Assembly: GCA_033549065.1 (NCBI GenBank)
Contig: JAWSUE010000010.1
Coordinates: 68,314-132,313, forward strand
Origin: Bacillota bacterium
GTDB lineage: Bacteria > Bacillota > Dethiobacteria > DTU022
DNA: 64,000 bases
Direction of reading: 5' to 3'
Part shown: positions 49,669 through 58,240 of the stretch, piece after piece
How the letters are laid out: the number at the start of each line of letters is the position of its first letter
Position numbering within the stretch: position 1 is the first letter of the stretch
Notes under the pieces: generated by a model
Database searches by the model: none
Told to the model about the DNA's origin: nothing
Seen by the model: only the letters and a program-made list of their open reading frames with translations
Position numbers and translations under genes: made by a program

Positions 49669-49698
49669 TTGCTTTTTGAATGTCTGATATGCTATAAT
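49669..49698 (+). promoter_or_regulatory. Sigma-A promoter candidate
   Basis: TTGCTT, 18-nt spacer, TGcTATAAT (extended -10). Confidence 0.4.
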
Positions 49699-49729
49699 TC
49701 AGTAAATAAGACAAGGAGGTTTGACAGGT

Positions 49730-51049
49730 ATGCAATACGGTCAGTTTGCTGTTGATTATGAGCATCGCCCTTATAATCCTGAAAGAATGCGTATTGAAAG
49801 AGTAGAGCGGGCTCAGCAGGCTTTAAAAAAACATGGTCTCGGGGCGTTAATCCTTTATGACTATGATTATCACCGTTATTTAGGTTACTATTCTTACCAT
49901 CAATATGCGAGGCGCAGGTTAGGTACTTACGTATTATTGGTTCAGGGACAGGGATTTCCATATGTCAACGTTGATAAATATGAACACGGTTGGGAAAGCT
50001 TAAGGATGCCCTGGTTTGAAGGTAAAATGGTTTTAAAATCATCAAAACCTTACCAGCTTTGCAACGGGTTACCCGACACCCCCGAATTCATGGAAAAATC
50101 CTTTGAAGAGAACGCTGCAGAAATAAAAGCACTGCTTAAAAAGCATGATTTGCTTGATATGCCGGTCGGTATCGATGTTGCGAGCGCACACCTACTCGAT
50201 GTTTTGAGAAGAAACGGCTTAAATGTTGTAGATGGAAATAACTGTATGGTTGATGCCATCAGGGTAAAAACTGAGGATGAAATTCACTGTCTGCGCATGG
50301 CGGGTGCGATTACCGAAGCTGCTCACTGGGAAGTAGCCCAGGCGTTGCGTCCGGGAATGACTGAGCTGGAGATAGCCGGTATTGCGGCCAATGGATGTTT
50401 CAAGCATGGAGCAGAAGAACTTGAAGGCCCCAGCTTTGTCGTTTGTTCCGGTGAACGTTCCGGATACGGATTGCCGAACATGCCTACTGACAGAAGAGTA
50501 AGGCCTGGTGATTTTGTGGTTCTTGACATAAATGGTGTCAGCTTTAACGGCTACCGGACCTGTTTTTACCGTACATACCTGGTTGGTGACAAACCGACTG
50601 AATTCCAGAAAGAAGTTTATGATATCGCCTACGAAGGCTTGATGGCCATGTCGTCCTGCATGAAGCCGGGTATCACAACAGCCGATGTTCAGAAAGAATG
50701 GCTTAAAAAAGGCGATGCACCGGGACTCTGGGGTAGAGAACCAAAATGGCCGGAACCGGGACGTTATTTCTTTGGTTCAGGCGGACATCCCATAGGGCTG
50801 CGTTCAGGTGATCCGGGCGCAACCATAGCAGGTTCAGGCTGGATTTTCGGGGACTTCCCGGGTGGCAAAATTGAGAAGAACATGACATTTGCCAACGAAG
50901 TTGCAGTATTTACCTGGCTGGGAGACAGATGGGCAAAAGACGGTGTTAAACTGGAACACTGCGGTGTTGTAACCGATGACGGCTTTGAAATCTTCTACCG
51001 CTTCCCGATGAAAGACCTGATCGTTTGCGGATTGCCGGGCCTATACTAA
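49730..51049 (+). CDS. M24-family metallopeptidase/creatinase-like hydrolase (creatinase N-domain plus pita-bread fold)
   Basis: ATG 49730 lies 10 nt after AAGGAGG. Two-domain Xaa-Pro aminopeptidase/creatinase architecture, 439 aa. Confidence 0.7.
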   Translation: MQYGQFAVDYEHRPYNPERMRIERVERAQQALKKHGLGALILYDYDYHRYLGYYSYHQYARRRLGTYVLLVQGQGFPYVNVDKYEHGWESLRMPWFEGKMVLKSSKPYQLCNGLPDTPEFMEKSFEENAAEIKALLKKHDLLDMPVGIDVASAHLLDVLRRNGLNVVDGNNCMVDAIRVKTEDEIHCLRMAGAITEAAHWEVAQALRPGMTELEIAGIAANGCFKHGAEELEGPSFVVCSGERSGYGLPNMPTDRRVRPGDFVVLDINGVSFNGYRTCFYRTYLVGDKPTEFQKEVYDIAYEGLMAMSSCMKPGITTADVQKEWLKKGDAPGLWGREPKWPEPGRYFFGSGGHPIGLRSGDPGATIAGSGWIFGDFPGGKIEKNMTFANEVAVFTWLGDRWAKDGVKLEHCGVVTDDGFEIFYRFPMKDLIVCGLPGLY

Positions 51050-51082
51050 AAATGAGGCCAGTTCGGTAAACAGAACTACTTT

Positions 51083-51133
51083 CGAAATATTCCTCACTCC
51101 CTTCGGGAGTGTGGAATATTTCTTTAGTTTTTT
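51083..51133 (+). terminator. Rho-independent terminator
   Basis: 17-bp stem GAAATATTCCTCACTCCC-ttcg-GGGAGTGTGGAATATTTC followed by TTTAGTTTTTT. Confidence 0.65.
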
Positions 51134-51200
51134 CCCTTGCTTAACCGATCTATCTTAATTGTGGTAAAGGAAATAATGGTAAGGAGGGATTATTGTATAT

Positions 51201-52517
51201 ATGCCTTCATCGAATAACCCCCGGGTAGTGATTACCCATCGAGAATCTATCCCCGGTACACCTGGCAGCTATACAAATGAAGAACTTGCTGTTGTCTATG
51301 AAATGGTCAGAGAATCGGTAGATATACTTGGTGGCATAGATTCTATAATAAAGCCGGGCGATAAAGTTGTAGTTAAGATCAATGCCGGTGTTCCTACTCC
51401 TGCAGACAAGGGATATGATACAGATCCACGAGTTCTTGAGGCTGTTATCAAGTTGATCAAAGAGGAAACAAAGGCGGAATCTGTTAAGGTAATTGAAAGA
51501 TCTGCTTCCTATGGGGACACTTCAAAATCTCTCGAGGTTTCCGGTTTAAAAGCTGCTGCTGAACGGGCAGGTGTTGATGAAATTATCAATCTGCAGCATG
51601 TTGAACGGGTTTCAGTTCAGGTACCTAAACCTGAAGTTCTTTTTGAACCGGTTATGCTTCCCCGGTGCCTACTTGAAGCCGACAGGATTATTTACATTCC
51701 CAAAATGAAAGTTCATAAGCTTACCCAGGTATCGCTGTCCATGAAGTTAAGCCAGGGTTTACTGGCCTGGAGCGATATTCACCGCAACCACCGGACCGAT
51801 ATTGATCAGAAAATGGCCGATCTCCTGCAGCTTATCAAGCCCGATCTTATTATCATGGATGCCCTTTGGCCTACGCAGGGTCAGGGTCCGGTATCGCCAT
51901 TTCCGGACGATTTAATCAAAGATTTTAATGTAATAATTGCCGGAACTGATTCGGTTGCAGTTGATACAGTTGCCTCTACTATTATGGGGTTTGAACCCCT
52001 TCACGAGATACCTATGATCAGAACCGCATCCATGCTCGGTCTGGGTGAAGGTAGCCTTGAAAAAATTGAAGTATTGGGCACTCCAATAGAGAAGGTTAAA
52101 CGTAACTTCAGGCGAGGTAATATTGACCTGGCCGGGATTCATCCCAAGGTTAAAGCTTATTACGGAAGCGCCTGTAAGGGTTGCATACATTTGACCAGGA
52201 CTAGTCTTGACTCATGGTTGGCCATTCCTGAAAACCTCAAGCAGCTAGAGCAGCTTGAACAGCTCACATTTATCATAGGGCCGCGGACTACAGTCCCCGA
52301 TAACATTCCACACAATCCTCCTCATTCATACACATTTGTTATTGGCGACTGTGCCTGTGAGCACAAGAATAAAGGCATATTTTTACCGGGTTGTACTTCC
52401 TGGAGTATCGCTCAGATGGACTTTATCGGAAAGACTGAAGAAGAACTGGTCGATTGGTATCTGAAACGTTACCCCGGGGTTGAGAAAGATGAGAATCAAT
52501 GCCCGTTAATACCCTAG
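51201..52517 (+). CDS. DUF362-domain protein with non-canonical Cys-rich C-terminus
   Basis: N-terminal region is paralogous to 48388 and 63460 (KVVVKINAG...DP, TDPRVLEAVIKLI). C-terminus CKGCIH...GDCACEH...PGC. Confidence 0.6.
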   Translation: MPSSNNPRVVITHRESIPGTPGSYTNEELAVVYEMVRESVDILGGIDSIIKPGDKVVVKINAGVPTPADKGYDTDPRVLEAVIKLIKEETKAESVKVIERSASYGDTSKSLEVSGLKAAAERAGVDEIINLQHVERVSVQVPKPEVLFEPVMLPRCLLEADRIIYIPKMKVHKLTQVSLSMKLSQGLLAWSDIHRNHRTDIDQKMADLLQLIKPDLIIMDALWPTQGQGPVSPFPDDLIKDFNVIIAGTDSVAVDTVASTIMGFEPLHEIPMIRTASMLGLGEGSLEKIEVLGTPIEKVKRNFRRGNIDLAGIHPKVKAYYGSACKGCIHLTRTSLDSWLAIPENLKQLEQLEQLTFIIGPRTTVPDNIPHNPPHSYTFVIGDCACEHKNKGIFLPGCTSWSIAQMDFIGKTEEELVDWYLKRYPGVEKDENQCPLIP

Positions 52518-52553
52518 CATTAAATTCTTACTTACAGGAGGATGATATTATCG

Positions 52554-53582
52554 ATGAAAGCGATGGTACTGGAAGAGTTTAACCAGCCTTTAAAATTGAG
52601 AGAGTTAGATATACCGAAGCCTGCCGCTGATGAAGTGCTGATCAAGGTGCGTGCTTGCAGTATTTGCGGAACAGATTTAAAAATTATCAGCGGCAAAATT
52701 GACACTGTTCCCCTGCCCCTGATACCCGGGCATGAATCAACCGGTGATGTAATCGAGATTGGGGCCGAAGTAAAAGATTTGAAAGTGGGCGACAGGGTAA
52801 CGGTGGATCTTTATGTAACCTGTGGTCAGTGCAAAAATTGTCTCGCCGGAAGAAATACCATTTGCATGGAATCAATAAAACGGTATGGTTTTGAAGTTAA
52901 CGGTGGCTTTGCCGAATACATGGTAGTCAAAGAAGAAAAAGCGGTAAAAGTACCCGACACTATGACCTACCCCGAAGCGGCGCTTATACCGGATGCTATT
53001 GCCACTTCTGTCCGGGCCTTTGCTGACAGGTATCATCTTCAGGAAGGTGAAATAGTGCTGGTTCTCGGCATAGGTGGCCTGGGAATACACGGTGTCCAGG
53101 TGGCAAAAGCATATGGAGCCACTGTAATTGCTGCAGATGTGGATAATAAAAAACTGCAGAGGGCCAAAGAATTGGGCGCAGATTATACCTGCAACACCGC
53201 CGAAGAAGATCTTGTCGCATTTTGCAAATCACTGACAAACGGTTATGGTGTGGATGTTGTCGGTGAGTATGTAGGCATCCCAAAGGTCAGTGAACTTGGG
53301 TTGAAATGCCTGAGAATGGGTGGAACGATGATCTTCCTCGGTTATGCTCCCGGTACTGTTTTTGAGGTTCCCTCCATGGATATAGCTATGGGCGAGAGAA
53401 CTATTACCGGTTCGAGAGCAATGGACAGGAAGAGTATGCTGGAAGCAATCAGGTTGGTCAGCGAAGGTAAGGTAAAGCCGCAGGTAGACAGCTACTTTGC
53501 GTTGGAAGATGCAAATGCAGCGCTGGAGAGGTTGAAAGGCGAAGGCTACCTTGGCAGGGGATTGCTTGCTATAGATTTATAA
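52554..53582 (+). CDS. Zinc-dependent alcohol dehydrogenase (MDR family)
   Basis: N-terminus MKAMVLEEF, structural-zinc CGQCKNC motif, Rossmann GIGGLG. Confidence 0.8.
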   Translation: MKAMVLEEFNQPLKLRELDIPKPAADEVLIKVRACSICGTDLKIISGKIDTVPLPLIPGHESTGDVIEIGAEVKDLKVGDRVTVDLYVTCGQCKNCLAGRNTICMESIKRYGFEVNGGFAEYMVVKEEKAVKVPDTMTYPEAALIPDAIATSVRAFADRYHLQEGEIVLVLGIGGLGIHGVQVAKAYGATVIAADVDNKKLQRAKELGADYTCNTAEEDLVAFCKSLTNGYGVDVVGEYVGIPKVSELGLKCLRMGGTMIFLGYAPGTVFEVPSMDIAMGERTITGSRAMDRKSMLEAIRLVSEGKVKPQVDSYFALEDANAALERLKGEGYLGRGLLAIDL

Positions 53583-53662
53583 ATTGAATCCGATAACATC
53601 AGGAAATTGCCGGTAAGGACGGCTAAAAAAATAAACACGGTTCAGAGAGGAGAGTTCGGGTT

Positions 53663-54499
53663 ATGGGTAAAAGGTACACTTGTGATGAGGTTGTTGCCCG
53701 CTTGAAAAATGAAATAGCAAACAAAAGATCGATTCTCCTGGTTGGTGTAGGCAACGGCATAGTAGCGAAAATGTGCGAGCTCGGCGGAGTTGATTTGATT
53801 GCAACATATATTATGGCTCGCTACCGGATGGCCGGACATAGTTCTATGCTTGGTTATCTTTCCATAGGAGATGCGAATGCGGTAGCTCTGGAGTTGGGAG
53901 AACGCGAAGTAATTCCAGTTGTCAAAGAAACCCCGGTCATTGCCGGTCTTCTTGGGTGTGATGTAACCCGTGACCTCGGTTATTTGCTGGATCAGGTGAA
54001 AGCGGTTGGTTTTTCGGGGATTCACAACTGCCCCACGCTTGCCCTGATTGACGGGGTCTTCAGGCAGGTTCTGGAAGAGACCGGCATCAAATTTGATCGT
54101 GAAGTAGAAATGGTCCGGCTGGCCCGTGAACGGGACCTATTCTGTGAAGTATTTGTAACTAACGAAGAAGAAACAGAGAAGATGGTAAAAGCAGGAGCCA
54201 ATTTGATCATCGCCCACATGGGCAATTCTCTCGGGGGAACTATTGGCTCGGATTATACTTTAACACTTGATGAATCTGTAGAGCGCACCCAGAAAATTAT
54301 CGACGCGGCCAGGGCAATAGATCCCGAAGTTATTACCATGTGTCATGGTGGTCCCATCGCTTATCTCGATGATTTTAAATATGTTCTCTCCCGGGTAAAG
54401 GGACTCGATGGTTTTATGGGTGGTTCCAGTGTTGAGAGACTTCCGGTTGAGAAAAGCCTCCTGGAAGTGGTTCGCGAATATAAATCGGTAACATTGTGA
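53663..54499 (+). CDS. Phosphoenolpyruvate-hydrolase-like TIM-barrel protein (COG5564, Tm-1 C-domain-like)
   Basis: 278 aa. Conserved partnership with the following UPF0261 gene. Confidence 0.5.
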   Translation: MGKRYTCDEVVARLKNEIANKRSILLVGVGNGIVAKMCELGGVDLIATYIMARYRMAGHSSMLGYLSIGDANAVALELGEREVIPVVKETPVIAGLLGCDVTRDLGYLLDQVKAVGFSGIHNCPTLALIDGVFRQVLEETGIKFDREVEMVRLARERDLFCEVFVTNEEETEKMVKAGANLIIAHMGNSLGGTIGSDYTLTLDESVERTQKIIDAARAIDPEVITMCHGGPIAYLDDFKYVLSRVKGLDGFMGGSSVERLPVEKSLLEVVREYKSVTL

Positions 54500-54511
54500 G
54501 GGTAGAATGTA

Positions 54512-55762
54512 ATGGCAAAATGCGTTGCCTTAATCGGTGCATTCAATACAAAAAGAAAAGAGCTTGAATACATCAGGCAGAGTTTACTGAAGAATAAACT
54601 GGAAACGATTTTGATTGACCTGAGCTGTCTGGAATATGAAGACTCGGAGAGTAAAACCGATTACTCCCAGGAAATAGTGGCCAATAAGGCAGGAGTAAAC
54701 ATTGAAGATGTTTTTGGCAAGCCCCTTTTCAAGGTTGCTCCTCACATGTCACTGGGGGCCTCTCGGATACTCTCTGAGCTGATTGAAGAGAATAAGATCC
54801 ATGGCTGTATCGGCATCGGGGGTGCTAATGGAACACTGCTTGCTGCTTCAGTGATGGAGAACCTGCCTTTTGGATTTCCGAAGGCGATCATCTCGGTTAT
54901 GGCAGCCGTTGATTCCAGGCGTCTGATCAGCCATACCGATATAGTCCTCTTCAATACAATCGGTGACGCAGTCCTTAATCCAGTCCTTGAAGTAATGATC
55001 AAGACTGCAACCGCAGCCCTTAAAGGGATGGTTGATGCCGCTGTTAAACCGGATCTGCCTCAAATGGTCGGCTTGACTGTGTTAGGGGTAACAGATCAAT
55101 GTGTTCATCAGTGCATGGAGCTGTTGAGTGAAAAAGACTATCCGTACCTGCTGTTGCACAGTAATGGCCCCGGTGGAGCCACTTTGGAGAAGATGACTTC
55201 ACGGGATGCTTTTTGGGGCATTCTCGACATAACGACTAATGAGCTGTTGAACAATCTGCTTGGGGGAGTTTTTGATGCTGGTTCCAACCGGCTGGAAGCG
55301 GCCGTGAAAAAAGGACTGCCCCTTGTTGTATCAACCGGAGCGGTCGATTTTGTTAACTTCTGGGGGCTCCAGATACCTGAAAAATATCACGGCAGGCTTT
55401 TCATCAGGCATAATATCGTTAATACACTGATGAGAACCGATCCCGATGAAAATGCTCTTCTGGGCAGGGTAATGGCCGAAAGATTGAACAGAGCCGTAGC
55501 TCCGGTAAAAGTGTTAATTCCGGAAAAAGGATTTTCCAAGTATGATCGCCAGGGCGGCATCAAGGGCACAGATCTTGATGGGAATGTCCGTGGAGACTGG
55601 TACTGGCCGGAAGCAAACCGGGCTTTTGTTAATTCGCTTCAGGAAAATTTATCCAATGAGCTGGTCAGGGTGGAAGTAAAGAATATGCATGTAAATGATC
55701 CCGATTTTTCAAGAGAGTTGGTTGATGCCTTACTGGCGATTAAGATTGCAAATGAGTTTTAG
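54512..55762 (+). CDS. UPF0261 (COG5441) family protein (Tm-1 N-domain-like)
   Basis: 416 aa. N-terminus KCVALIGAFNTKRKE resembles the UPF0261 start. Confidence 0.5.
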   Translation: MAKCVALIGAFNTKRKELEYIRQSLLKNKLETILIDLSCLEYEDSESKTDYSQEIVANKAGVNIEDVFGKPLFKVAPHMSLGASRILSELIEENKIHGCIGIGGANGTLLAASVMENLPFGFPKAIISVMAAVDSRRLISHTDIVLFNTIGDAVLNPVLEVMIKTATAALKGMVDAAVKPDLPQMVGLTVLGVTDQCVHQCMELLSEKDYPYLLLHSNGPGGATLEKMTSRDAFWGILDITTNELLNNLLGGVFDAGSNRLEAAVKKGLPLVVSTGAVDFVNFWGLQIPEKYHGRLFIRHNIVNTLMRTDPDENALLGRVMAERLNRAVAPVKVLIPEKGFSKYDRQGGIKGTDLDGNVRGDWYWPEANRAFVNSLQENLSNELVRVEVKNMHVNDPDFSRELVDALLAIKIANEF

Positions 55763-55789
55763 TAACTCAAAGAAAGGAAGGATATATTT

Positions 55790-56575
55790 ATGTTAAGAAA
55801 AATGGAAAATATGACCTGGCTGGAAATGGCCGATGCAGTCAAAGAAACTGATACTGTTTTAGTACCTATCGGAGCAATTGAGATGCAGGGGCCTCACCTG
55901 CCCCTGGTTGTCGATAGCCTGGCTGCCCAGTATGTTGCTGAAAAGGTTGCGGAGAAAACTAATACTGTTTTAGCGCCTCTTATCAACGTGGGTACTAGCG
56001 AGTGGCACAAGTATTTCCCGGGAATAATCAGCTTATCAAAGACAACGCTGTTGGAATATTTGCGTGATTACTGCAATAGTCTGGTGCTTAATGGTTTTAA
56101 AAGAATTTTATTCTTCAGCCCGCATGTTATCAACGATGATGTCATCGCATCAGTCGGACTCGAGTTGAGGGAAAAGGGAATCCTGGTAGGTTCAGTCAAC
56201 CTGTGGCATATAAGCGCCGAGATAGTACAGAACAAGAATATTGAATTTGAAGAGAAAAACTTCACCCATGCCGGTGAGATTATGACATCGGTTATTATGG
56301 CTATTGCTCCTGAACTGGTTAAAATGGATAAAGCGGAGACTGAATATCCGCGGACACCGATTCCCGACACGCCATTTGCCGGTCTTCATAAGCTTAAGTA
56401 CCGTGATACAAGCTTCTCAATCTTCAGGTTTTCAAATGAAGAAACTACTTCCGGTTCGCTGGGCAATCCGATGGCAGCTACTCCGGAAAAAGGCCAGAAA
56501 GTGATCGACGGCTGGCTCGAAGTTATAGTCCCATTCGTCGGCGAATTTCAAAAATGCACAGATTCTACCTGCTAA
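55790..56575 (+). CDS. Creatininase-family amidohydrolase
   Basis: LVPIGAIEMQGPHLPL motif (compare LPxGSxEQHGPHLP). Confidence 0.7.
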   Translation: MLRKMENMTWLEMADAVKETDTVLVPIGAIEMQGPHLPLVVDSLAAQYVAEKVAEKTNTVLAPLINVGTSEWHKYFPGIISLSKTTLLEYLRDYCNSLVLNGFKRILFFSPHVINDDVIASVGLELREKGILVGSVNLWHISAEIVQNKNIEFEEKNFTHAGEIMTSVIMAIAPELVKMDKAETEYPRTPIPDTPFAGLHKLKYRDTSFSIFRFSNEETTSGSLGNPMAATPEKGQKVIDGWLEVIVPFVGEFQKCTDSTC

Positions 56576-56592
56576 TAAATATGCAACTATTG

Positions 56593-56628
56593 GAAGGGCT
56601 GTCGGAAGAGCAGCCCTTCTCACTTTCC
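56593..56628 (+). terminator. Probable terminator
   Basis: GAAGGGCTG-tcggaagag-CAGCCCTTC with a weak T-tail. Confidence 0.45.
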
Positions 56629-56664
56629 ATCACTCCTGAAAGATATTTATATTTTAAAAAGGAC

Positions 56665-56693
56665 TTGAAAAATTGTTAGCGAAATAATATAGT
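56665..56693 (+). promoter_or_regulatory. Promoter candidate with overlapping inverted repeat
   Basis: TTGAAA, 17-nt spacer, TATAGT. Inverted repeat TAGTCAT-18 nt-ATGACTA begins in the -10 element and extends to 56723. Confidence 0.35.
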
Positions 56694-56845
56694 CATAGTA
56701 TCATATGACGTCTGATGACTAAATATTTAAACAAATTATTTCCTGCACTTTTAAAGTAGTCAGCCATAGATAAGGAAAATGTGTCTATAATTTGATCGAT
56801 GTCATACTGATGGGCCTAAATATTAATAGGTAGGAGTTGAATGCT

Positions 56846-57607
56846 ATGAAGGAAATGTTCTCTTTAGAAGGAAAGGTAGCTTTGGTTACCGGTGCCGCAC
56901 AGGGGATAGGCAAGGAAATGGCCTTGGGTTTTGCCAGGTCCGGTGCTGATCTCTGCTTAGTAGATCTAAACCTTGAAAAACTGGAAGCTGTAAAAAAAGA
57001 AATTGAAGATCTTGGTAAGAAGTGTCTGGCCTTAAAAGTGAATCTTAATTCAGTTGAAGAAATTGAAAAGATGGCTGCAGATGCATATGCAAAGTTTGGA
57101 AAGATAGATATACTCGCAAATATTGCAGGGGTAAATGTTCACAAGGCTGCTGAAGAAATGACCGAAGAAGATTGGGATTTTGTTCTCGATGTAAACTTGA
57201 AAGCTCTATTCTTCTGCTGTAAAGCAGTCGGCAAATATATGCTGGAAAAAGGCAGCGGAAGAATTATTAATATGAGTTCATCCTTTGGAATAGTCGGTTT
57301 TTGGGGCCGCACAGCCTATGCTTCCAGCAAGGCCGCTGTTTCCAACCTGACAAAGACTCTGGCTATTGAATGGTCCGGAAAGGGCATCAATGTTAACGCA
57401 ATTGCTCCCGGTCCGGTTTGGACAGAAGCGCGTGATCACCTCTTTTCTGATAAAGAATTCTATAAAAAATTAATGGAAAAACTGCCGATAAACAGGGTAG
57501 CCAAGCCGATCGATATTGTCGGTCCGGCCATTTTCCTGGCCAGTCCAGCCTCAGATTTTGTAACCGGGGAAACACTGCTTGTTGATGGTGGTTGGTGCGC
57601 GCACTAA
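56846..57607 (+). CDS. SDR-family oxidoreductase
   Basis: TGAAQGIG Rossmann motif and YASSK catalytic motif. ATG 56846 lies 9 nt after GGTAGGAG. Confidence 0.8.
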   Translation: MKEMFSLEGKVALVTGAAQGIGKEMALGFARSGADLCLVDLNLEKLEAVKKEIEDLGKKCLALKVNLNSVEEIEKMAADAYAKFGKIDILANIAGVNVHKAAEEMTEEDWDFVLDVNLKALFFCCKAVGKYMLEKGSGRIINMSSSFGIVGFWGRTAYASSKAAVSNLTKTLAIEWSGKGINVNAIAPGPVWTEARDHLFSDKEFYKKLMEKLPINRVAKPIDIVGPAIFLASPASDFVTGETLLVDGGWCAH

Positions 57608-57648
57608 TACTATTGGCTCTAATAGATCAAGTAGGAGGAAAATAAACA

Positions 57649-58197
57649 TGAATATTGACATTCACACTCACTATTTACCGCAGGAATTTATAGACCTGGT
57701 CAAAAAGGATCCGGTGAAGTACCAGGCCAGAATTGAAAAGAACGACCTTGGGGAAGAGATTATTTATCATGATCAGGGATATTCCTATCCTCTCTATCCC
57801 GGTTTTTATGATCTTGAGGCACGTCTTCGTGATATGGACGCTAGGAACATTGATCTGGATATTTTATCAATAGCACCCACGCTGTATTATTACTGGGCGG
57901 AAAACTCTCTTGCTCTTGAAATCGCAAAAATATGCAATGACAGCGTATACAGGATGGTCCAACAAAAACCTGAAAGACTGAAGGCGATGGCTACAGTTCC
58001 GAACAATAACGCACTGGGGACCTGCCCTTAAAGCGCTGATTGATACGCATTCAGCTGATAAGATAATGTTGGGTAGCGATTACCCCTTTGATATGGCCGA
58101 TCCTGATCCTGTAAGAAGCGTAAAAAGTTTAAATCTTGATAGTGATACAGAAAAGAAAGTTCTCGGTAGCAATGCAGAAAACTTGTTTCGGGATTGA
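57649..58197 (+). pseudogene. Amidohydrolase-2 (ACMSD-like) remnant with internal deletion and frameshift
   Basis: N-terminal fragment MNIDIHTHY... ends at the 58031 stop. A C-terminal fragment ...ADKIMLGSDYPF...NAENLFRD runs in the +1 frame to 58197. About 120 middle residues are missing. Confidence 0.6.
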
Positions 58198-58240
58198 TTT
58201 GAAACTGATTGAGATTTGTGAAAACTAAGAGGTGATAAAT

